Notes: generated by a model not told the origin, from the sequence alone. Positions 36,833 to 47,623 are shown, counted from the first letter of the stretch. The stretch: DNA of 64,000 bases from Clostridia bacterium (GCA_017612655.1 JAGAFM010000047.1:10478-74477); one strand, 5' to 3'. Program-made: numbers and translations.

Positions 36833-39148
36833 TCAATCCGAGACCTCTTCCGTCTGCGTTTGATACTCCGACAGAATCTGGGGGAGTCTCCACTCCAGCT
36901 CATCCGTCCTGAGTCGATCGGCCGCATAGGCTTTCCGCAGAAGCTCTCCCGGAATCAAAGCATCGAATTTTTCGAACAGAGGGAGTTCCGTCATGCCGAC
37001 CAGCGAACCTTTATCAATTCCCTGGTTTTTCAGTTTCGCGCAGAGTCCTGAAATCAATTCATAGTCCGAAAAACGGTCGTCCATCCGAAAAGTCAGGTAG
37101 CAGCATCCCTCGTATTCCAGATTGGTGATTCCGAATTCCTTTGCTTCTTTGGCAAGAAATTTACGCAACGTTCGGAACGATCGGGTTCCGAGCCAGGGGA
37201 ACATGCACCAGGTCATTCCCCCTAAAGACACCACAGAACGTGTGTCCAGACGGGCATTCCTTGCCACTTTTCTTGCTGCTGCCAACCGTTCTCTTGCATT
37301 GCGCTTCAGATAAGGATACTCTTCCGTTCCGCAAAGAACATCCCTCATTTTCTGAAGGATCTTCGTATGAACCTCTCCGTAATCGCCCGGCCAAGAGACC
37401 TCCATCTTGCCCTGAACCTGTTTGACATAAATTAATCGTCTCGGCAGATCCAGTTCTTCGACCTCCCAGACATTTCCAGCGAGAGCAAAACGGTCGCCGA
37501 CCGGAGGGGGCGCTGTAATCGTACCGATCTCATCCGAACCGCAACGGACAGAATAATTGGCATCCTGGTCCCGAAATACCGCATAGAAGCGGAAACTCCC
37601 GATCAGTTTTTCGCCTTTCAGCCCGACCAGAAGCGTTTTTTCCTCTGTCATTTCCAAATAGTTTTCCCGCAGCATGGACAGAAGGAGTTCCCGGTATTCC
37701 TCCCTTGGCACGTTCTCAAACGGGGGGAACGAGAGGACCCGCTCTGCAAGTGCTTTGGGGGTCAGTTCTCCCGAAGCGGACAGCACAGAGAGCGTCTGAT
37801 GAAACAAAAGTGAGAAAGGCATTTTTTTTACGGTGGGAGGCTCAATAAAATGTTCTTCCAGATACAGTTGAATGATGGCAATTCCCCGAATCATCTCCCA
37901 TGGGATCAACTGCGGGAGCGGGGTGTCAGGGGTTGGGTTTTCCTCCCGGCACACCAGCATCATTTCAGGCGGCGCTCCCCGCCGTCCGGAACGTCCCAGT
38001 CTCTGCAGGAAGCCTGTCACGGAAAAAGGAGACCCGACCTGAAGAACCCGCTCCAGCCTGCCGATATCGATTCCCAGTTCGAGGGTAACCGTTGCACAGG
38101 TCACCGTCTGCCTGTCGTCTTCCTTCATTTTCTGCTCAGCTTCTTCCCGGATGGATGCGGAAAGATTGCCGTGATGAATCAGGAAGACATCCGGATCCCC
38201 CCTGTGCCTCGCAATCTGCCGCATCGTTGCCGTCACGAATTCCGTCTCTTCTCTGGAATTTGAGAAGATCAGCGATTTTCTGTCGCGAACGCAATCGTAA
38301 ATGAACTCGTATCCCGCATCGAGTGCCGCATATGTCTGTTCTTCCTCAAGGTCAGGGTGTTCGATCGCCTGTTGCGTCTGGTTGTCCGCATCGTTCTGAA
38401 TGTAGAAATGCTCCATTGCCAGACGCCAGCGTCCTTTTTCTTCCGAGACGACCGGGGCAATGGTCTCTCTTCCGCTGCCCGCTCCCAGCCATTCCTTTGC
38501 CGTAAACAAATCGCCGATTGTAGCGGAAAGACCGATTCTTCTCGGATGACGGCCGATCAAATGATCGATCCGGCTCAGCTGGCACAGAATCTGACTTCCC
38601 CGGTCGCTTCCGATCAGACTGTGGATTTCATCGATGATCACATATCGAAGATCGCCGAACAGCCGGACAATATCGTTGGAACGGTTCATCAGCATGCTTT
38701 CCAGAGATTCAGGTGTGATCTGAAGAATCCCGGAAGGATTCTGCATCAGTTTCGATTTGTGGGTCCCGGAGACATCCCCATGCCAGTGAGTTACGGAGAG
38801 CCCTGACTGTTCCAGCAGTTCCTCCATCCGATAAAACTGATCATTGATCAAACTCTTCAGGGGGGCTATATACAAAACACCGATTGAAGAGGCCGGATTC
38901 TCGCAAAGATCCGACAGAATCGGGAAGAAAACCGCCTCCGTTTTTCCGGATGCAGTGGAAGAAGTCAGAAGGAGATTGCAATCCGTATCAAACAGGACAT
39001 CCGCAGCTGCCAGCTGAACTCCGCGAAGCGATGCCCACTGGTTCTGGTAAATAAAATCCCGGATAAAGGGTGCGTAACGAAAAAACAACCGTTCTGCATC
39101 CTTCTCATTCGTTCCTTTTGGTGCCGCTTCGGATTTTTGATCACACAT
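36833..39148 (-). CDS. Lhr-like DEAH/DEIH-box ATP-dependent helicase
   Basis: Helicase motifs are present: I (STASGKT), II (IIDEIHSL), III (SATIG), V (HHGNLSASIREEAE) and VI (QRLGRSGR). TVTLELGIDIG and QVGSPFSVTGFLQ match the Lhr core. The ATG at 39148 has a GGAGG RBS, and TATAAT lies at 39171-39176. Confidence 0.8.
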   Translation of the reverse strand: MCDQKSEAAPKGTNEKDAERLFFRYAPFIRDFIYQNQWASLRGVQLAAADVLFDTDCNLLLTSSTASGKTEAVFFPILSDLCENPASSIGVLYIAPLKSLINDQFYRMEELLEQSGLSVTHWHGDVSGTHKSKLMQNPSGILQITPESLESMLMNRSNDIVRLFGDLRYVIIDEIHSLIGSDRGSQILCQLSRIDHLIGRHPRRIGLSATIGDLFTAKEWLGAGSGRETIAPVVSEEKGRWRLAMEHFYIQNDADNQTQQAIEHPDLEEEQTYAALDAGYEFIYDCVRDRKSLIFSNSREETEFVTATMRQIARHRGDPDVFLIHHGNLSASIREEAEQKMKEDDRQTVTCATVTLELGIDIGRLERVLQVGSPFSVTGFLQRLGRSGRRGAPPEMMLVCREENPTPDTPLPQLIPWEMIRGIAIIQLYLEEHFIEPPTVKKMPFSLLFHQTLSVLSASGELTPKALAERVLSFPPFENVPREEYRELLLSMLRENYLEMTEEKTLLVGLKGEKLIGSFRFYAVFRDQDANYSVRCGSDEIGTITAPPPVGDRFALAGNVWEVEELDLPRRLIYVKQVQGKMEVSWPGDYGEVHTKILQKMRDVLCGTEEYPYLKRNARERLAAARKVARNARLDTRSVVSLGGMTWCMFPWLGTRSFRTLRKFLAKEAKEFGITNLEYEGCCYLTFRMDDRFSDYELISGLCAKLKNQGIDKGSLVGMTELPLFEKFDALIPGELLRKAYAADRLRTDELEWRLPQILSEYQTQTEEVSD

Positions 39149-39219
39149 TCCCGTTCTGCCTCCGTCACTGATTATACTCTGTTCGATGACTCCGGGATGG
39201 CTCCAACCCACCCCGAATT

Positions 39220-39263
39220 CGAACAAAGCAGGCTTTCACCTTCCGGTGAAGCCCGCTTTTTTT
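39220..39263. terminator. Rho-independent terminator ending the ABC/GldG/DUF4340 cluster
   Basis: ggctttcacc (39231-39240), ttcc loop, then ggtgaagcc (39245-39253). T/A tracts lie on both sides. Confidence 0.65.
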
Positions 39264-39264
39264 C

Positions 39265-40257
39265 TCATGATTGATAGTGCGCTGAAAAGAGAGACAAGAG
39301 AGTATCCGCTGCAGAGGACGGCATCCCGTAGATAAAGGTATAACCGTCTGCAAGGTAGGCGGTCACCGACTCCCCGTCTTCCGACTCGACGCGATCTCCC
39401 AGATGAATGGTAAAAGTACGTTCCTGAACGACAGTGGAACCGCTGATCGCACCTTCGGAATCGGTGTAAGTCACCGTTTCTTCATATCGATAAACCACGG
39501 TTGCCCTTGGTTTGATAAGCCCGTACTGCAGCTTGGTTTCGTCCGTGACATGATGGGACAGGTAGTCAGACGGCTGGAGAAGATGGCCGATCTCCACCAG
39601 TGCATCCTCGTAGTCCACTCCTTCCAGAGTGACCGTTTCTCCTCCCATCTCGATCTCAACCCGTACCAGCTTGTCCGCAGTGATAATCGGAAAAACCCCG
39701 GAATCCGTCAGCTCTTTCAGGGTTAGGCCAAAAGAAGACGTTACGGTATCCTGAATCAGATAAACCTGATCTTTTCCCACTTCCCTGCAATAGTAACAAC
39801 CGGAAAAGTCGCTGTAGTTCCCGATAACAAAGGTATGTTCGGTCTCTGCCCAGGTTGCCGAAAAGGTCCAGGCCGGATCGGAAAGGCCGTATGCTTCGTC
39901 GTCTGGATTATCAGTATGGACAACCGAAGAAGCGGAAAGAGCGGCTAATGCGGTTGCTATTTCGTTTGCTTTCTGATAGGAAATCGGGAGCGTGGAATCA
40001 TCTGCCGAGACCCAGAGGCCACTGGCGTTCTGACAAATGGAAACCGGGGCCTCTTTCCCTTTTTGATAGGAAATGGCCTTGATTTCCCTCGACTCGCAGT
40101 TGATCAGTGTGACTTTGGCGTTTTTTGCGGCTTCTTCCGCGGCCTCCTGCGCTTCCCGCTGAATCCTGGCGGATTCGGCGATCTTGTACCCTGCGAAAAG
40201 CAAAATCAGCGCGCCGAGAGTCAGAAGCAGCGTAAGGGTTCTGCGATTCTTTTTCAT
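39265..40257 (-). CDS. DUF4340-like membrane-anchored protein
   Basis: The ATG at 40257 (MKKNRRTLTLLLTLGALILLF...) forms an ATGA overlap with the upstream stop. It has a single N-terminal TM and then a beta-rich region. The family call comes from memory of the conserved ABC/GldG/DUF4340 gene order. Confidence 0.6.
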   Translation of the reverse strand: MKKNRRTLTLLLTLGALILLFAGYKIAESARIQREAQEAAEEAAKNAKVTLINCESREIKAISYQKGKEAPVSICQNASGLWVSADDSTLPISYQKANEIATALAALSASSVVHTDNPDDEAYGLSDPAWTFSATWAETEHTFVIGNYSDFSGCYYCREVGKDQVYLIQDTVTSSFGLTLKELTDSGVFPIITADKLVRVEIEMGGETVTLEGVDYEDALVEIGHLLQPSDYLSHHVTDETKLQYGLIKPRATVVYRYEETVTYTDSEGAISGSTVVQERTFTIHLGDRVESEDGESVTAYLADGYTFIYGMPSSAADTLLSLFSAHYQS

Positions 40258-41753
40258 CTCTTCCTCCGCTTGGACCAGACAATCAGGCCGGTCGCCAGAC
40301 ATCCGAGGGGAAGGATCAGGATCAGTACGATTCCCCAGAACAGAGCTCCCGCCGAGGAAACGCCCAGCGCCTGAACCTGCATGGATTTTCCGACAATCGA
40401 AATGGAATTCGTCTTCTCACAGAGGACGGTCAGATTTGACATGAACAGTTCGCCGTTATAGGAATAGAGCGTATCTTCCACGAAGTAGGGCGAGGAGTAC
40501 CATAGAAGCGTCGCACCGGTTTGCGTGTTTTGGGAAGCGATTCCCAGATAGAATTCTCCGCTGGGATCCCCCTCTTCCTTCTCCACCGACTCAACCGTCT
40601 CATAGTTCACCTTGACATAAGCATCCGAAGAGGTGGTCAGGATGGGTTCCGGAGTCCATCCGGATGCTTCCACTGTCAGAATTCCGTGAGGCGCCATCAA
40701 AATGGGTGTAATACCGGTTGAGGCAAGATTGGAAGCAAGTGACGAAGATGTGTTTAAGGTCGGCATGCAGTAGTACGGATACATGTAATAGTATCTGGCA
40801 TTGCCTTCCAGCAGAAGACCCTGCTGCGCCTGAAGCCCGCACGCCTTCGCTAGGGCGGTCAGGTTCGGCATGGTTTCGGGATCGATATACTCAAAGGCGG
40901 TGATCAGAATCACCTTTCCTCCCCGATTCAGATAACTCTGAAGAGTTGCCAGCTCCTCCTCTGAAAAATCTGAAGTCGGAACATTCACCAGAACGGCGCC
41001 GGCATCTTCCGGAATGACTGAACCTGCCGCGGAAAGAAGAGACAGCGTTTCTGTCATGATGTTTTCCGATTTGATGTCCTTCGCCACCGTATCGCTCAGT
41101 TGACGCTCTCCATGTCCGGTTGTACAGTATAATACCGGAAGATCGTCGCTGGTAACGTAATCAATCGCAGTCGTCAAACGGCTTTCACCGTAAAAATACT
41201 GCGTCCCGGTCGGCATCACACCGGTGGTGTAGTAATTGTAATAGTCTTCGTCTGAATACTCCGTGACGTAAAGATCAGAATAGGGAACAACCGTATATCT
41301 CTTCGCGCTCTCCACAATCACGGAATTATCCGTCAGATTGGAATCGGAGTATTTCGATACAAATGCTGGCCTGACCGTCGGATCCACCGTCACAAGTTTG
41401 ATACGGCTGGAGTAGGCTTCATAACGCTGGAGCATCTCCTGGATTCCGATATCTTCGTTGCCCCCGGTCACGACGTAATAGAGAGTTACCTCTTCCCGAA
41501 GTCCCTTGACAAAAGAGATCGAAGTCTCGCTCAGTGTATAAATCTGTCCGCTGCTTGCGTCAATCTTCGTCAGTGTGGAGGGCAACTCTCCGACCAGAAG
41601 ATTTACTACAATGACGATCGCGATAACGATCAGGGTCAGAAACACGCTGTAGGAACCCATTTTCAGGGTTCTGGCAGAGCCTGCTCCGTTCTGCTTCCCG
41701 GAAAGACCGGTCTCTCCGGATCCGTCTTTTTTAAATTGATCCAGCATGAACAA
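40254..41753 (-). CDS. GldG-like auxiliary component of an ABC-type uncharacterised transport system
   Basis: 499-aa ORF with N- and C-terminal TM helices flanking a large extracytoplasmic domain. It sits after an ABC-2 permease and ATPase, as in gldA/F/G-type clusters. Confidence 0.68.
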   Translation of the reverse strand: MFMLDQFKKDGSGETGLSGKQNGAGSARTLKMGSYSVFLTLIVIAIVIVVNLLVGELPSTLTKIDASSGQIYTLSETSISFVKGLREEVTLYYVVTGGNEDIGIQEMLQRYEAYSSRIKLVTVDPTVRPAFVSKYSDSNLTDNSVIVESAKRYTVVPYSDLYVTEYSDEDYYNYYTTGVMPTGTQYFYGESRLTTAIDYVTSDDLPVLYCTTGHGERQLSDTVAKDIKSENIMTETLSLLSAAGSVIPEDAGAVLVNVPTSDFSEEELATLQSYLNRGGKVILITAFEYIDPETMPNLTALAKACGLQAQQGLLLEGNARYYYMYPYYCMPTLNTSSSLASNLASTGITPILMAPHGILTVEASGWTPEPILTTSSDAYVKVNYETVESVEKEEGDPSGEFYLGIASQNTQTGATLLWYSSPYFVEDTLYSYNGELFMSNLTVLCEKTNSISIVGKSMQVQALGVSSAGALFWGIVLILILPLGCLATGLIVWSKRRKR

Positions 41754-41762
41754 GCCCCCCTC

Positions 41763-42644
41763 TCATGACCAGCGTCTCTTTTCAACCGATTGAATGGTTG
41801 AAAAGACAAACAGGGCGGAAATCGACAGGTAGTAGACGATCGTTGTCAAATCGAAGAGACCTTCCGAGAAACTGTCAAAACGGTCAAAAACGGAAAGCCA
41901 ATTCAGCACACGCGGGAACAGTCCTTCGAACAACGTGCTGTCGATCAAATAGATCGAACCGACCAAAAAGAGCCCCGCCACACAGACGATCCCCGCTACC
42001 GTTGCGTTCTTCGTCATTCTCCACACGATCAAGGCGATCAGAACCATGACAACCGCAAAACCAATCAGGGAGGCAAATGCGGAAGACGGAATGATTCCTG
42101 CTATCACGGACATCAGATACATTCCCAGCAAAACCCCAGCGGACACAACTGCGGCGATGACCTGACTCTCCGTGATTGAACTGATGAACAACCCAACCGA
42201 AATCAAGGCGGAAACCAGAAGCATGAATCCAAGCAGGGCACCATACGCGGAGGCAAAAGGCACGTTTCCGAAAATGGACAGAATCAGCGGATAAAAAGCC
42301 ATGATCACGGTGGGGATCAGAAACACGGTGATCATTGCAAAGTACTTTGCAAGAACGACATTCCCGACGCTTACCGGCAGCGAATAGAGCAGCTGATCGG
42401 TCTTTGCGTGCCGTTCCTCCGAAACGGATCGCATGGTCAGAATCGGAATAAGGACGAACAGGAACGGGGTAAGATTCGAGATGGAATACTCAAACAGGGG
42501 ATACCCGTAAAGCAGGTTCATTACGGTCACGAAAATACCGACGATAATCAGAAGAACGGAGATAAAGACGCATCCGATCATGTTCGTCAGATAGGATTTC
42601 AGTTCTCTTTTATAGATTGCAAACATCCTGATCTGCCTCCTCAC
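41763..42644 (-). CDS. ABC-2 type transporter permease
   Basis: 293-aa ORF with about 6-7 TM helices. It has a 4-nt overlap with the ATPase gene. Confidence 0.75.
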   Translation of the reverse strand: MRRQIRMFAIYKRELKSYLTNMIGCVFISVLLIIVGIFVTVMNLLYGYPLFEYSISNLTPFLFVLIPILTMRSVSEERHAKTDQLLYSLPVSVGNVVLAKYFAMITVFLIPTVIMAFYPLILSIFGNVPFASAYGALLGFMLLVSALISVGLFISSITESQVIAAVVSAGVLLGMYLMSVIAGIIPSSAFASLIGFAVVMVLIALIVWRMTKNATVAGIVCVAGLFLVGSIYLIDSTLFEGLFPRVLNWLSVFDRFDSFSEGLFDLTTIVYYLSISALFVFSTIQSVEKRRWS

Positions 42645-43714
42645 ATCACCGGACGGGGGTCGTTGTCCCCCGAATCATCGGCGGGCCGATCGTCTTCCTT
42701 CGGGGCGAACGCGTTCTCTTCCTGATCGAGCGCTGCAAGCCGCTGTTCCACCCGGTACTGTTCATCGTATTCTCTCGTCAGCTTCAGGAAGACGTCTTCC
42801 AGGCCGATCGTCTCTGCGTAAAGTTTGAGAATCACGCACTTCGCGTCGCAGAACAGACGGAATGCGGTTTCCCGGAGATCGATGTCTTTCTCCACCTCGA
42901 TATCGATATCGTAAACATCGATTCCGCGATCTTCCGAGCTTTCCTCGTAACGGATGGTCTTCGCCTGATCCGCGAGCCTATTGATCACCTGACGGATCCT
43001 GTTGAGATCTCCCTTTACGGTGAGATGAAGAACACGGGACCCGACTAGGATGGTGGACAGGTTATCAATCGTATCGGACGCAATCAGTCTCCCGTGCGAT
43101 ATGATCATAACATAGTCGCATACAGCGCTGACTTCGCTCAGTATGTGGCTGGAAAGAATCACCGTATGGTGTTCGTCTGCGAGACTTTTGATTAAATCCC
43201 GAATCTCAATGATCTGCCCGGGGTCTAGTCCGACCGTCGGTTCGTCCAGGATGATAACTTCCGGATTCCCCAGCATAGCCTGGGCCACACCGACTCTCTG
43301 ACGGTATCCTTTGGACAGATTTTTGATTAAACGGTCCTGCATGGAAGTTATCTGTGTCTTCTCCATTACATAGGACAGCTGGTAATCCATCTCTTCTTTG
43401 GACACCCCCTTTGCCTCTGCGACAAAGCGCAGATACTCGGCAGGCGTCATCTCAGCATAAAGAGGCGGAAGCTCCGGGAGATAACCGACATGTTTCTTCG
43501 CCTCCAGCGGTTCCTCAAACACATCGTGTCCGTTGATGGTTACCGTTCCTTCCGTCGCCGCCAGGCATCCGGTAATGATGTTCATTGTGGTGGATTTACC
43601 CGCGCCGTTAGGCCCGAGAAATCCGTAAATCATGCCGGGTTTTACGGAAAAACTGATGTCATCCACGGCAGTGTTGTTTCCGTATCGTTTCGTGAGATGC
43701 TTGACCTCTATCAA
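42641..43714 (-). CDS. ABC transporter ATP-binding protein with C-terminal extension
   Basis: It has Walker A (GPNGAGKST), the signature motif (LSKGYRQR) and Walker B (ILDEPTVGLD). About 120 extra C-terminal residues end in an acidic tail. The start is a TTG with an AAGGGGGA RBS. Confidence 0.9.
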   Translation of the reverse strand: MIEVKHLTKRYGNNTAVDDISFSVKPGMIYGFLGPNGAGKSTTMNIITGCLAATEGTVTINGHDVFEEPLEAKKHVGYLPELPPLYAEMTPAEYLRFVAEAKGVSKEEMDYQLSYVMEKTQITSMQDRLIKNLSKGYRQRVGVAQAMLGNPEVIILDEPTVGLDPGQIIEIRDLIKSLADEHHTVILSSHILSEVSAVCDYVMIISHGRLIASDTIDNLSTILVGSRVLHLTVKGDLNRIRQVINRLADQAKTIRYEESSEDRGIDVYDIDIEVEKDIDLRETAFRLFCDAKCVILKLYAETIGLEDVFLKLTREYDEQYRVEQRLAALDQEENAFAPKEDDRPADDSGDNDPRPVM

Positions 43715-43836
43715 AGCAGGTCCCCCCTTTTTCTCCGGTCATTCCTTTCAAATGCATTCTTGTTGGCTATTCCACGAAAGAGTAGCACGGGAGTGTGAAC
43801 ACTGTGTGAAAAAAAGCGACAAAAGATGGCAAAAAA

Positions 43837-44586
43837 TCAGGGCTGATCCATACCTGACTCCGACGATTCTTCGGCCGGAAGCTTCTCTTCGTGCTCTTCT
43901 GTCGTTTCTTCAGCTTTAGCTTCAGCATCCTGCAGGGCAGACTCTTCCCCCCCGACCTTGGGCATTCGGTTGAACATCAGATCCACCAGCTTTTCCCTTC
44001 TCTTTCCGGTCGCGTTCTCCACAAGAGATTTCTTCATCAAAAGCAGATAGAATCTCACATACATGGCGCAGGAGAAGAGAACGGCAACAATGCTGATATC
44101 CATCAGCAGATCGCTGACGAGTTCCGGCATGTTCGGAAAAGCTAGAATGGCAATTGCAGAACCTTCCAGAATCACGGTACAAGCCTTGCCGTACCAGTGG
44201 GAACTGTTCACGGTGTCCGTCCGGCGGAAGCACAGAATTCCAAACGTCAGCATCACCGCTTCTTTCACCACGAACAGTGCGATGAGAAGGCCGAGCTTCG
44301 GATGCGTGATGGCAAGAGCGATCAGGAGGCATCCCTGTGTCAGCTTGTCCGCAATGGGATCCAGCAGCTTTCCGAGATCGGATATCATATTGAATTTTCT
44401 GGCGATAAATCCATCCACTACGTCTGTCAGCGAAGATACCAGCAGCACAATGACGGCGCCAAGGATGTCTCCCTTTCCCAAATACAGCCACATCATCAGA
44501 GGAATCAGGAGAATCCGGAGAAAGCTCAAGATGTTGGGTATCGTGAAAATTGTCTTTTTCGTCAGACGTTCACGAACGTTCGGCAT
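43837..44586 (-). CDS. pgsA: CDP-alcohol phosphatidyltransferase (PgsA-like) with acidic C-terminal tail
   Basis: It has the DGxxAR...G...D...D motif (DVVDGFIARKFNMISDLGKLLDPIADKL) and multiple TM helices. Confidence 0.82.
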   Translation of the reverse strand: MPNVRERLTKKTIFTIPNILSFLRILLIPLMMWLYLGKGDILGAVIVLLVSSLTDVVDGFIARKFNMISDLGKLLDPIADKLTQGCLLIALAITHPKLGLLIALFVVKEAVMLTFGILCFRRTDTVNSSHWYGKACTVILEGSAIAILAFPNMPELVSDLLMDISIVAVLFSCAMYVRFYLLLMKKSLVENATGKRREKLVDLMFNRMPKVGGEESALQDAEAKAEETTEEHEEKLPAEESSESGMDQP

Positions 44587-44623
44587 ATGAACCCCTTTCC
44601 TGTTTCTTTCGTTAAGGAAATGC

Positions 44624-47188
44624 TCAGCTCACTTCTTTTGTAACAACCGTTCCAGGCTGATATCCGGCTCCCCGAATCGCTTCCGCCAACTGTTCCGGAT
44701 CCGGCTTCCCTTCGCTGAGGAACTGCACCCGGCAGGCATCGTGATCCGCGGAGATTTCCCGGACGGGAAACACTTCTTCAATCGCCTTGCAGGCGTGGCG
44801 CTCGCAGTTCTGGCACATCATGCCCTTGACTTCCATAACAGTCTGATACATTTTTACAGTCTCCTTTTGTATAGTGAGGGGTTCGGCGCCGGTCTTTTCA
44901 AGTTCGGCGCGGATCTTCCAAAGGATTTCGGATTTCTCTTTCCAGGACATTCGACGGCGTCCGGAGCCGGTATTTTTGTCCAGATTCAGGCGATTGAGAC
45001 GAAGTGCGTTCAAGACAACGCAAAAACTGGAAAGGCTCATCGCCGCCGCACAGAACATCGGGCTCAACAGGATTCCGAAAGCAGGATACCATACTCCCGC
45101 GGCGAGAGGGATCCCCAAAACATTGTAAAAGAATGCCCAGAACAGATTCTGGCGGATGATCCGCATGGTCGCCCGGCTCAGCCGGACCGCCCTGACGACG
45201 TCCGCAAGAGAGTCTTTCATAAGAACTACGTCTGCGGAATCCATTGCAATGTCCGTGCCCGCACCGATCGCCATCCCTACGTCAGCAGATGTCAGCGCGG
45301 GTGCGTCGTTGATTCCGTCTCCCACCATTAGAACTCCGCCTTCAAGGGACAGTCTCCGAACCGTCCGGGACTTATCTTCCGGAAGAAGGGAGGAAAACGC
45401 TTCCCCGATCCCCGCTTCTTCGGAAATCCTGTTTGCGGTTTTTTCGGTGTCTCCCGTAAGCATCACGGGGCAGATTCCGAGTTCTTTCAGTTCCGACACA
45501 GCCGCTGCACTGTCCGGGCGTATCGGATCCGAAACCGCGACGGCACCGAGAAACCGATCGTTCTTTGCAAAGAAGAGCAGCGTTTTCCCGTCCTGCTCCG
45601 CTTTCCCGAAAGCAGGCTCCCACTCAGCTCCGCAGCGTTCGAAAACTAGTTTTCGGTTTCCTCCGAGAAAGACGGTGTCCCCGTTCTTAGCCTCCACCCC
45701 AAATCCGACGAGAGTACGAGAGGAGGAAATAGGCTCCGGTTCCATCCCTTCCCGTTCCGAGAAGGCTTGGACCGCCTTGGCAAGGGGATGTTCGCTGCCC
45801 TGTTCCACCGTGACAGCGGCAAGAAGCAGTTCTTCTCTTTGCACTCCGGACGTGGGAAGGATATCCGTGACGGAGGGTCGTCCCTCGGTTACGGTTCCTG
45901 TTTTATCAACCGCGGCGAAAACCAGCTTTCCGGTTTGCTCCAGCGCTGTCGCCGTTTTAAACAGAATACCGTGTCTTGCACCGACTCCGCTTCCAACCAT
46001 GATGGCAACGGGCGTAGCCAGACCAAGCGCACAGGGACAGCTGACCACCAGAACCGAGATCCCCCTGGCAAGCGAGAACCCGATATCCTCCCCGCAAATG
46101 AGCCAGACAACCGATGTGATCAGGGCGCAAAGCATGACCCCGGGAACAAATATGCCCGCAACACGGTCCGCGAGCCTTGCGACCGGTGCTTTCGTAGCAG
46201 CCGCATCGGTCACTGAGCGGATGATCCGGGCCATCGCGGTATCGGATCCGACCCGAACCGCCTCGCATCGAATCAGGCCCGAACAGTTCACCGTCGCAGC
46301 ACTTACCGAGTCCCCGCACTTTTTTTCCACGGGAATGCTCTCTCCTGTCAGGGATGATTCGTCGACCGCGCTCTCCCCCTCCACAACTACGCCGTCCACA
46401 GGAATACTATCTCCCGGAAGCACCGAAAACAGCTCTCCGACGCAAACCGTATCCGCGGAAACGGTCACCCATTCCCCGCTCCGCAGAACAGTAGCCTGCT
46501 GGGGAACCAGCGACATCAGAGATCGGACGGCGTCCGTTGCCTTTCCTTTGGAGATGGCTTCCAGGAGCTTCCCGACGGTAATCAGGGTCGGGATCATTCC
46601 TGCTGACTCAAAATAGAGAGAGGAAAGTCTGTCCTGCGCAGCGGGAACGTTCTCCATGTTCAGGAAGATCAGTTCCGTAAGAACCCAGCAACTGTACAGA
46701 AAAGAAGCTGCCGACCCCAAAGATACCAGTGTATCCATATTCGGGGCGCGATGCAAAAGGCCCTTGACGCCCCGGATGAAAAACGCCCGATTGACGATCA
46801 GGATACAGGCGGAAAGAAGGCATTCCAGACATCCCACGAAAACAGGTCCGCCGAAAGAGGGGAACGGAGCATGGAACATCACATATCCGTCCGCCACATA
46901 CATCAAAGCCGCAAGAAAAACCAGAGACAGAATCAGACGCTTCTTCAGCGCAGGCACCTCGGATGGCGCCCCGTCGGATTCCAGATCGTCCCGGAGCGAT
47001 GCGCCGTATCCGGCTGCCTCAACCGCAGCAACCACCGAAGCTACGTCTGCCTCTCCTTCAACCTGCATGGAAGCGGTCATCAAATTCACGCTGCATTCCT
47101 TTACGCCTGGAACGGAGCGGACCGCCTTTTCCACGTGAGCGCTGCATGCTGCACAACTCATTCCAGTTACGGTATACCGTTTCTGCAT
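44624..47188 (-). CDS. copA: Copper-translocating P1B-type ATPase with N- and C-terminal HMA domains
   Basis: An N-terminal HMA domain ([12 protein letters not shown]) is followed by TGES, CPC ([11 protein letters not shown]), DKTGT, SEHPLA and [11 protein letters not shown] second HMA-like domain sits at the C-terminus ([10 protein letters not shown]). Confidence 0.93.
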   Translation of the reverse strand: MQKRYTVTGMSCAACSAHVEKAVRSVPGVKECSVNLMTASMQVEGEADVASVVAAVEAAGYGASLRDDLESDGAPSEVPALKKRLILSLVFLAALMYVADGYVMFHAPFPSFGGPVFVGCLECLLSACILIVNRAFFIRGVKGLLHRAPNMDTLVSLGSAASFLYSCWVLTELIFLNMENVPAAQDRLSSLYFESAGMIPTLITVGKLLEAISKGKATDAVRSLMSLVPQQATVLRSGEWVTVSADTVCVGELFSVLPGDSIPVDGVVVEGESAVDESSLTGESIPVEKKCGDSVSAATVNCSGLIRCEAVRVGSDTAMARIIRSVTDAAATKAPVARLADRVAGIFVPGVMLCALITSVVWLICGEDIGFSLARGISVLVVSCPCALGLATPVAIMVGSGVGARHGILFKTATALEQTGKLVFAAVDKTGTVTEGRPSVTDILPTSGVQREELLLAAVTVEQGSEHPLAKAVQAFSEREGMEPEPISSSRTLVGFGVEAKNGDTVFLGGNRKLVFERCGAEWEPAFGKAEQDGKTLLFFAKNDRFLGAVAVSDPIRPDSAAAVSELKELGICPVMLTGDTEKTANRISEEAGIGEAFSSLLPEDKSRTVRRLSLEGGVLMVGDGINDAPALTSADVGMAIGAGTDIAMDSADVVLMKDSLADVVRAVRLSRATMRIIRQNLFWAFFYNVLGIPLAAGVWYPAFGILLSPMFCAAAMSLSSFCVVLNALRLNRLNLDKNTGSGRRRMSWKEKSEILWKIRAELEKTGAEPLTIQKETVKMYQTVMEVKGMMCQNCERHACKAIEEVFPVREISADHDACRVQFLSEGKPDPEQLAEAIRGAGYQPGTVVTKEVS

Positions 47189-47305
47189 CTGTTCTCCTTC
47201 TATCTCTCCCGGATCCGGAAAACGGGTCTCTCCTTTTTTCGGGCGATCTGAGCGAAACTGGCAGGAACGCCTTGCTCTTTGGATCGAATTCGGCTATAAT
47301 AGAAC

Positions 47306-47623
47306 TCAGCCTGCAAACAATGCAACGATTTCCATGATTCCGAGAACCAGAGGGATCACTCCAATCGCGCAAAGGATAATCATTTGAGGCCGAAGCATCC
47401 CGTCTTTATTCTCTTTGTGGTCCGCGTAATGCTGAAGCGTATAGCCAACGATTGCCGTCAGAAGAGAAAAGGGCGTTAAAGCGGGAATCAGTTGTCCCGT
47501 GGTACTGGTAAAAACGTAGGAGAGGATACAGAGGATTACGCCTCCCCATATCATGATGGAAAAGATCGGATTCTTTTTCCCTTTCGGATTCTCCAAATCT
47601 ATCCCCTCTTTCTCTTCTTTCAA
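47306..47623 (-). CDS. Small integral membrane protein (hypothetical)
   Basis: 105-aa ORF with three or four predicted hydrophobic helices. I recognise no family. Confidence 0.45.
   Translation of the reverse strand: MKEEKEGIDLENPKGKKNPIFSIMIWGGVILCILSYVFTSTTGQLIPALTPFSLLTAIVGYTLQHYADHKENKDGMLRPQMIILCAIGVIPLVLGIMEIVALFAG

Noticed and set aside
43770-43800. Rex operator upstream of the ABC cluster (TGTGAAcacTGTGTGAA)
   Set aside because: The TGTGAA half-sites are direct repeats, not the inverted TTGTGAA...TTCACAA arrangement that Rex requires.
45156-46616. 486-aa plus-strand ORF rich in Ser/Pro/Thr/Ala
   Set aside because: It is antisense to copA, whose P-type ATPase motifs are all intact on the minus strand. 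This one is not codon-aligned, but stops in that frame need Y|TA or T|CA across codon boundaries. Those are rare in this Tyr/His/Gln-poor stretch. It has no RBS and no motifs.
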